Assembly: GCA_965285935.1 (NCBI GenBank)
Contig: OZ260661.1
Coordinates: 54,002,001 to 54,066,000, forward strand
Source of the DNA: Ophelia neglecta
Lineage: Eukaryota
Direction: 5' to 3'
DNA: 64,000 bases
In this document: piece after piece, positions 55,301 to 64,000 of the stretch
How positions within the stretch are numbered: position 1 is the stretch's first letter
Layout of the letters: every line of letters starts with the position of its first letter
Notes under the pieces: model-generated
Told to the model about the DNA's origin: nothing
The model's input: the letters and a program-made list of their open reading frames with translations, nothing else
The model's database searches: none
Position numbers and translations under genes: made by a program

Positions 55301-57692
55301 TCTTTTGGAGAAAGAGTCGAAAGAAGAAATCGTGGGCATACAGATGGATGGATGTCGGACATGATTTAATTAGCTCAACCCCTAAACTAACCCGGGTTTG
55401 GCTTACTAAACGAAAACCATTACAATTTATTAGACGAGTGTGAAGTGCAAATGAAAAATAGAAAAAAAAGCTGGATATAGCATAACATGGAGTCTTGCAG
55501 CAATTCCATGGCCATATACATGTAGTTTTAAAAGAATAAATACAAGCGTTATAACAGGAAAGTTTAATACTATTATTGAAAAAATAGTGCTGTCTGGAAT
55601 GTAGGACAGTGTTGGATAATGGGCCTAGTAGTTTTAGGAGGAGGAATATAAAGATTCGTCGTTTGGCTGGTAACTGTTCGTGGGTATCAAAGTTAAATTT
55701 GAACGGAGAGCAAATTACAAATGGCAATAATCCGATGAAATGTTTGAAGATAACGAGAACAGTGGAAGGCTTAGATTGACACGGGGATTGAGGGGATTAA
55801 ACTTGTCTCCGCAAAAATGGCGCAGAGTATGTGATCCAGTTATCGTTTGATCCAGTTATCAAACGACGTGCTCGTTTCTTGACTACTGCCGAGGGGTGGG
55901 AGTCCATAGATGGGGGTGGGGGTGGGGGCACATCTTTATACAGGCGGCCATATATTCAGTGGTACATAAACCAATAATACAGGGTGATTCTTATTTCAAA
56001 AGCAAAGACATTACCCGCTTAACAAATCATTCCCATGATTCTTGATACTTTGCCCTTTATTACATGTATGTGTTCTCAAATTTCTAATTTAATAATTCAT
56101 CAGTTATAACACCAATAGTTTTGTTGACTTAACAAGTTCTATTTTTTGACATTTAATGAAAAGTAAAGGTCATGAGCAAGTATATTCTTGCCTTTATTTG
56201 GAGTTATGAAAAATAATGATTTAGTATTTTAACATTCAAAGCTAGTTTTGTAATTCTTAGTCAATATCAATCTTGTTATTTCTAAGATTATAATTTCATC
56301 ATTTTATATGCAGGTTGGTTTACTCCCTGAATCTGGTCCAAGCGAATTTATTTTTAACAAATACCACGCAGAACGTTGTCTTTAACACATAGAAATTTTA
56401 CATTGAAGATAAATATTCTCCAAACTTTATGGCTAATACAAGTATCATATGACATGTGAGCTTTCATTTGACAAATAGTTGTGTTTTTCGAAAAGGTTAG
56501 AACTTAATTTGATTTATAATATATATATTAAAACATTTACATTGCATAAATAGAATCTGTCAAAGGAAGAACGATATTCCCCAATTTATTCATTTGTTTC
56601 TACTTTTAATAACATGGGAGTAACACGTTGCACATGAATATCGCCGATGAATTCCGATTTCAATTCCGGTAATATTTGGCGACCGGAAATAGAAATTATA
56701 TGAATAAATTCCCAAACTTTGCCCCATGACAGTAGCGATTGGATTGCATGTAGACGAAAACATTTAACTTCACCAAGAAGCTTGGAATGAATGTAATGAA
56801 GTCTTAATGGAAGATATGGACAAATCATACCTTTATATTATATATATATATATATAAATAGACAATGAAAAAATAAGTTTTGTATAAACAACAAAATATA
56901 AAAGATTAAATCCAGTCATGGTTATATCTTTAGTTATGTATATTACCAAAAAAAGATAAACTTACATATATACATTTATCTTGTATCAGGTCAAAACCTA
57001 AAACGAAGTGGTCCCTAGTCATTGGTTTTTTTCCACGCATGTTTCTCTATTGCTTTCCCTAGTGCCCGAAACTAACATTTGCTTTTAGGTTTTGAAATTC
57101 TTTATTCTGTCTCACATAACTTGACATTTATTCCACTGGAGCCCAATTGAAAACCAGATTATTAAAAGGAAAAACTTCTTTGCTTGGGTTGCTACAGTGT
57201 ATTTGTGGCCCCTGAGTAATTATCGGAGCCACCTTTTGTCCCATGACCCTTCGTTTTCCCCGCTGGCTTCGGTCACAGCTGCTCCGTCATGTCCATAGAT
57301 CAAGACCTGTCACAGCCCTCAATGGTATAAAGGCCTGTTGCTCCTACTGTACCCACGCAATAAATAGTTGTAGGCGGTCGACGTCAAAATTTATACGAGT
57401 AGTAAAGCAGGTGGTTAAATACATAAAATGAGTATTGGTGACGTCAAATTGAATTCTAACGCAAAGACCCGACTATCGTATGAATATACACGAGCCTAAC
57501 GATGAATAATATAAATTTCTCGTTATAACCCTATTGAGACTTCAGACAATAATCTGCATGTTGGCAATTATAGTCTAGTTTTTACACACAAAATGTGGCT
57601 CAGCAAACCTCAATATCCAGTTCAGTACATTATTATCGCTTGAAAATATGTATGTGACGTCACTCTATTCAGAGGGTAGTAGATTCGGAAGC

Positions 57693-57735
57693 ACGAATCT
57701 ACTGCTCATTGTCTCGAATCTACTGCTCATTGTCT
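57693..57735. repeat. 21-bp tandem duplication
   Basis: CGAATCTACTGCTCATTGTCT twice. Confidence 0.9.
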
Positions 57736-57775
57736 AAAGCCACACTAAATGACCATGCAAATATTCTAAGCCGCA

Positions 57776-57881
57776 GGGACAATTGACTCGGAGCGATAGA
57801 TTCGTGCAGATCGAATCACCTCGCCCCTGTCGCGCCTCGGTTATGCGACTGCACGAATCTACCGCTCCGAGTCAATTCTCC
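57776..57881. repeat. Long foldback hairpin, probably the core of a non-autonomous DNA element
   Basis: AATTGACTCGGAGCGATAGATTCGTGCAG (57781-57809) pairs with CTGCACGAATCTACCGCTCCGAGTCAATT (57849-57877) at 28/29. The motif GTAGATTCG/CGAATCTAC recurs at 57679-57723. Confidence 0.8.
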
Positions 57882-57916
57882 TATACATTATATGCCAGCT
57901 CCTTTGACCTATGGCC

Positions 57917-58101
57917 CAGGGGCGGATCCAGGGGGACTGCCCCCCCCCCCCTCCCACCCACAATAGGCGCCCTAAATATAGGCAACTAGACGAATGTATG
58001 TAACGTCTGTGGCTACCCCCCTCCCCCCCCCCCCCCGCGCTTTTCAATTCCTCTACCTGGAGTGCCCCCCCCCCCCCTAGAAATTCCTGTTTCCGCCCCT
58101 G
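57917..58101. mobile_element. MITE of the same class with 5-bp TSD
   Basis: Termini CAGGGGCGGA...TCCGCCCCTG, poly-C runs, flanked by TGGCC at 57912-57916 and 58102-58106. Confidence 0.85.
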
Positions 58102-58170
58102 TGGCCATATACCCAGAATTCTTGCTCACACGCATTTTTAGTCAAGTATTGGCAGTTATCTGCTAATTGT

Positions 58171-58344
58171 GATTTCAGGAAGGGGGGCCAAAATACAACC
58201 AATACATAAGCAGTGTACCCGAGTTCAGAATTGTAACGCCTTAATTCCGAGGGATTAGTACAAATGCTTTTCTATTATCATGACAAATAATCAATTTATA
58301 TTTATATAGATTAAATCCCCCCCCCCCCCCTAAATCCGCCACTG
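58171..58344. mobile_element. Truncated relative of the 5259 MITE
   Basis: The end CCCTAAATCCGCCACTG is the reverse complement of the 5259 left end. GATTTCAGGAAGGGGG at 58171 matches the reverse complement of its right subterminal region. The other terminus is missing. Confidence 0.55.
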
Positions 58345-60052
58345 TGTGAATAATCATTTATTCATAAGAAGTCGCACAATTTCGGCAGAATTTAGTCAAT
58401 TGTAGATTCTCTTTTGAAATATTTCATCTTCATTCTATGTTGACTAGGCCCTATAAACTGACTGCTACTTGTTTTAGTCTGAATCACATCATGAAAAACT
58501 GTGGACCACGCTCGACTCATCACAAGTATAGTTATTATCTTTGGGAGAGGGGGGAGCGGGGGGTTAACGCCATTGTTTTATTTATATATCACAGCCAATA
58601 GAGCAGGCATCAAGTAGCGGTTTGGAAGTGGGGAACCATTTCCAAATTTTGCTGTTTCTGTTGTCACGATGATTCAAGGCTCATTTGTGGCATTTGTTAC
58701 CAACCAAAGTACAAAACTTGTTAGTTCATGTGCGCTCGAAATGAATAAATCAAAACAGTCATGCGGTAGCCTATGGATCGTAGAAACAAATACTACTCGT
58801 TGCACAGATGAAAGTACATTGGATTCAAATTCGTGCCTGCAATTTGACCATTTTAGTGACTACTAAGTAGTAGTATTACTTCATACTTTAGTCGGCTAAA
58901 TCGACGCCGCACACTGCTCTCATAAATCGAGCCAGCACAATTCCTTATTTAAAATATTTAGTTGGCTATGTGATGTCTTAAGTACCAGGGCCCCTGCTTT
59001 GGAATTATGAAGAATGGCAGGTTTGTTTTTACTCAGTCTTCAAGAGACAGTCCTAGTTATTGTTTAAAGTAAGAGGTACATGATTTTGCGCCTGCTGTTT
59101 TTAAACAAATGCTTCGTGGTAATTGAGTCAAGGTGCAGTCTGGTTTAAGACTAGTGGTTGCTACTTATATTATACTATAATACTTTCTCGTTATCTTCGT
59201 GCCACTAGTCTTGCGACATTCGCAAATCTCGCCGTACTCACACTTAATGTTTTATGAAAATAAGGAAAAGCAAAGATGTGAACAGCTTGTATTAACAGAT
59301 TAATCCGCGTACCTGTCAACTTCCGTTTTGTCGTGATCACATGTTGCACTCACTGCAATAGTTTAACAGGCGTTTGGTTATACAATGCGACAACATGTGT
59401 GATAATACGCACCGAATTAGGGCTGTACTGGGATTGTACTCGGGTATACTCGCTGTGATCGAGAAGTTGGCTTTTGAGGATCTGTTCCTTTCTCTCCTCC
59501 GTTGACGAAGAGTTCGCGTGTAAATTTGATCATCGGCGCGTAAAAAAGTAGTTCGGAAATAAAGAGCAGATTTCGCGCATTTTATTGCCACATATATAAA
59601 TCTAAAGTTATATTCGGTGATATTTGTTGTTTGTTTAAAAAGAAATATGACCAGGTCTCTATCTCGCCCGAAGGTCTGTATCTGGTCAGCGATTGTCTGT
59701 AGGCGTCACAGCAAAGATTGAAGACCGAGTAGTATGCCAGTAAGCCAGTTCTAGCTTCATTTCACAGGACGGGTTTACACTACTCATTTAATGCATATGT
59801 ATATGAGGTTGTCTATCAGCACTTTGTCTGGAAAACTGTACGTGATGCCTATTTAGTAGGCTGATCAAGGTGGGTTAAGCATTTGGCCTATTAGCAATTC
59901 GATCATTTGAGTGATAGGTTACGTCACTTTATTGTTTTCAATAACAGTCATTTTCTTACGAAGATTCTGGCTATGCACTCCATACATTGTTATAGCAGAA
60001 AGCGAAACAGCCGGCAGACAAAGCCATTTCATTAATTAAAAGTGGTCCATTA

Positions 60053-60398
60053 CAGAGGCGTAGGAAGGAAAATCAAAGTGAGGGGGCGAAATTTACATCA
60101 GCGGCATAAAAAGTGTGTGTGGGGGGGAGGGGGGGGGCAAAACATATGCCCCACCCCACCCCCCTTTTCCTACGCAACTGTACATTGATTTTTACATGCC
60201 GAAAAACATTGAATAAATTCATTGAGGACGGACGCTTCTGACCACTGCTGCATTACACCATTTAGAGAGGGCAAAAAGTGAGGGGGTCATCATTAAAAAG
60301 TGGGGAGGGGGGCAAAACATATGATGGCCCCCTCCCCCATTTTTTAAGTGGGGGGGGGGGGCATGGACCCCCCCTCCCCCCCGCTTCCTACGCCACTG
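60053..60398. mobile_element. MITE with CAG(A/T)GGCGTAGGAAG termini and 5-bp TSD, internally duplicated
   Basis: Termini CAGAGGCGTAGGAAG...CTTCCTACGCCACTG, flanked by CATTA at 60048-60052 and 60399-60403. An extra internal right-end-like sequence (TTCCTACGCAACTG) ends at 60180, and the AAAAGTG-G(n)-CAAAACATATG block is repeated. Confidence 0.8.
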
Positions 60399-63099
60399 CA
60401 TTAATCTGTTCGGAATCATAAGTAATCAAAACCTGCTAACTGCAGTGCCAAAATCATCAATCCCCAGTACCCTTACAGTAAATAATTTTGTCTTAGGAAA
60501 CAAACAAAAATAATAAAAAGAAATTGGAATAGGCAACAACATTTTCTAATATATTTCTAAAAAAGTTGTCTCTCCTAAATATCACACCGCAATTTCCTGT
60601 CTGCTTATAACCGCGAAAACACGTGTGAATCCAAATTTACATGATGGAAGCCAAAAAAGGAAATAAAGTTCTTTGTCATGTTTGTCACCTGACTGGGAGT
60701 AATGCCATTTACGGTGAGGCCGGATTTCAAATGCACCTTAATGCTTTACATAGCGAAGAGCTCCGTTGCATCACCGCTTTTTGGTGCGATTGACCATGAG
60801 AAAATAGTTCTTAAGTTGAAACGGTTATTCTTATCATTCCCTTTTATTTTAATGTTACTTTTCTGCATAATATGTCATCTTAGAATCGTTGAAAAGTTTT
60901 CTTCTTGTCGTTTTAACTTTTTTTTATAACACTTCGATTGTGCGCCCGGCTCTGTCCTTGTGCGCCCCGAAAGTCTGTAGGCTTCATGGGGATAGTGAAT
61001 AAAGAAAAGTAGTATGATATTCATAGCATACCTTTCACCATGAGTAGTGCAAAAATGATCTGTGTATTATCAGCATAAGACCTACAACAAATCAATTTAT
61101 ATATGTTTATTTTAAGTCCATGAAGCCTATGTGTAGGCTGCCGTTAGCCGTAAAGAAGAGCTTTTTCTAATGTCAAGATACGGTTGATTGACAAAAAGCA
61201 TCTCCGGTTATTCCAATAACTGAAACAAGAATAACAAAACTTGGAATGCCGACTACTGAAATATCAGTCATATTTTAAACTAAACTACCTGAATTCGATA
61301 CATGAAACAAAATCTGAACTTTAGTAGCCAATACTTCCCTCGTCAAAAGTTAAAAGCTATGCCCAAACTACAGCTATTATTAGTTATAAATTGTATTGGC
61401 CAGGCGTACAGATGTGAAAATGTGAAGATTTTGATAAACAATAACCGTCTTTAGTTCATTTAGCGTTCGTTTCTGCATGATGCTTTAAATTTCTACGAAT
61501 ATCACTGTTGACATTTTGTATAAATGGATAGTTGTTCCTTCAAATCGATCAAATATAATAGATCCTTATAGTTAATATTAAGGGGTGTATTTCAATATTT
61601 AAAAAGCATTAGTGCTCCACATTAATTAAAACAATACGAATTTTTTTTAGCCTGCGAAGCACCGTAACCTCTTTTGTGTTGCCCTTGCTTATAATGCTCA
61701 TTGAAACGATTTTAACCTTAACCAGTCTCTGTATTGTTCACTTCTAATATCTCGGCACATATGAACCGTAGAAAACCGGCTGTCATTAGTGGACAAAAAG
61801 ACGTAGATCGTGGTCCTTTGGGCGTTTCAGATTCGTAAAATCCCCGACTTCATCTCGATTTTTACGGCTTTTTCTTACTCCATCTGAATCGCCAAAAAGT
61901 TACCCCTTATATATATTATATTAGGTGGTGCCTTGCGGTGTTCGCCTCCGCCTACAGAGTGGAGTGGCTTTGTTGTTGGAAGTTGTTTTACATATATTTC
62001 TGCAGAATTCGTTTGTCGGTATTTTGAGGCAAAAATATGGTATTCATCAAGTCAACGAAAGTGCTATAAACTAATTATTGTGTCAGCCCCGGTTTTATGT
62101 CGACTCCAGAAGACGCCTTAATATTTACTAAGATTAATTGCCCAATATTCATAGCTTTGACTTGATTTTTCTGCCTTTGCCTAGATTAAATTTTGACTTA
62201 AAAGTCAAAGATCGTTTCAAAAACAACTTAGTTTCAAATTTACTTAAGTCTCATGCCAAAGACGACGTCTAGTCAGGATTTTGTTTATTATTGCGCGGCT
62301 CTCGCATAAAATATCGCTTCCGTTTCTGAATGTTCACCTATTTATGGACAAGGTTGGATTGCAATTGCCAAATGTTGTCTAATCTAGTAGTGTAAATGAA
62401 TTTTAGTCATAACCGTAGCGTGGATGATACGCCATGCTAAGTGGTCACCCATGAAAGAAACGTAATATCTAGTAATATATTCGAATGGGTGTCGGTGCTA
62501 ATACTCCAAGTAAGCTGTCAGAAATTACAGCCGCCGAAATCCTATAAAGGAATTTGAATAAACCTACATGTAAAGGTTCCATTTGCCATTGTTTTAACGC
62601 CTACCCGGCAAAAGACTTCAAAGACTTTGAATTGCCTAGTGCGCTCATTCTAGAGGGTTAGAGGCTAGGAGAATTTTGCTTAATACCCATATAACATGGT
62701 ATGCGCGTTTTCAGTCAAAATAAATGTGGATGCACGTGTTCAGTCCAAATAAAAACGTGACTTGTTCACGTCAAAAATTTGCATCTGTCGGGGAGATTTG
62801 ATACCCTTTTCCTCTTTACACTTTACACCCTACAGTTGTCTCCTGTTTATTGAGACACATTTCATTAATAGACTAGTCTCTACATGTTAAGAGAGCTTAC
62901 TGTAGACCATCTTAGAATCTCAAGGAGAATTGGTCTCTCTCCTTCACTGACCACAGACTTGTTTGATTTGTTTTGACTCACATCATGGAAAATTGTGGAC
63001 TAATGTTACTTTTTATTGCAAGGGATATCAATATAATTTTTCAATCAGTTATCTGCTCTACAAGTTTATTAACTGTTTTGGAACTCGATTGGGATTGAT

Positions 63100-63550
63100 G
63101 TATGTGGGCCTGTGGCTGGTGGTTCCTGATGATTTAGGACCCAATTAATGAACAATTCTTGATTAATGACTTTGTTTTGTCTGCCAGCGCCGGGAATCTA
63201 TTCCCGTTTGGTTATTGTATGTATGATTTTCTGTGACCAAGAAAAATATTTTTAATTTGGACCGATTTGTATAATTCATTTTGATTTCTGGGTCAATGTA
63301 TCCACCTCGTTTTTCTCACTGTTGTTGGATAATTCATTCTTTATTATTAGATTTGCTTTGTCTGCGGTGTATCCACTTCTTTTTGGACGAGTTCGGTCCA
63401 TCGTGCTTGGCCTAGCTTCTGAGTATTAGGTTGACCTTCTTCAGTTAAATTGAATGTGGAATCATAATGATAGAAACTGCTAGGTTGATTTCTGTTAAAA
63501 TGTGTGTCGGGACATCGCGGCCCGCATGGTATTGGGGGAGTCTTCATCTT
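63100..63550 (-). mobile_element. Possible Penelope-like RT C-terminal remnant
   Basis: Minus-strand THFNRNQPSSFYHYDST and, after a frameshift, KRSGYTADKANLII loosely resemble the Penelope T.+YRK.T...YLH+.S and GY+ motifs. Weak. Confidence 0.2.
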
Positions 63551-64000
63551 AGGAGAATCTGATTATGTATTCTAATTGTATTCATGGTGGTATATATTAT
63601 ATTGTGAATGTAAATAAAATTTTACCTTTGTGATAAGTTTTGTTCCATTATATATGTAAAAATGGGAAAGTTGTTTTATTAATTTGTAAGATCTTCCTTT
63701 AACATCGATAATTTAATTTAACATCATGGGAAGTATATAGAAATTTGTCCGTGAAAAAGGTAGGTTTCATTTACTTTAAGTCATTGTTCGTCGCTTTATT
63801 CAATGAATGATACCAAATTATATGCAGGCCCAGTAAGCCAAAACTGAGGTGTTATTAAATATCCCTGGAACCGACCCTGATGCACTAGTGAACAGTTATT
63901 TACTACTTTTGGCACTAGGGAAGGAAAGGGATCCTGAATAAGAATAACAGTCTAGCCTGACACTTCTTAAAATAGGCATAAATCGATAGGGTGCTACTTT

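Overview
AT-rich, repeat-rich eukaryotic (invertebrate, most likely protostome) genomic DNA; there are no prokaryotic features and no CRISPR array. The one well-supported gene is a kinin/leucokinin-type neuropeptide precursor on the + strand. Its single coding exon (ATG 26403 to TAA 26963, 186 aa) encodes a signal peptide, five intact FxxWG-amide copies and four decaying copies. A candidate TATA/Inr promoter and one or two ATG-free 5'UTR micro-exons lie about 14 kb upstream (12208-12398). The rest looks like gene desert: a 39-bp palindromic minisatellite (about 26 units), G/C-run MITEs with 5-bp target duplications, an L1/Tx1-like LINE fragment, Helentron/HINE-like and foldback remnants, small tandem duplications, and possible decayed TIR and F5/8C coding relics. 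The most unusual non-genic signal is the palindrome TAGGCCTA (20 copies counted by eye, under 1 expected), one of which is an indel between two local duplicates, suggesting a transposon excision footprint. All homology calls are by eye and need database confirmation.
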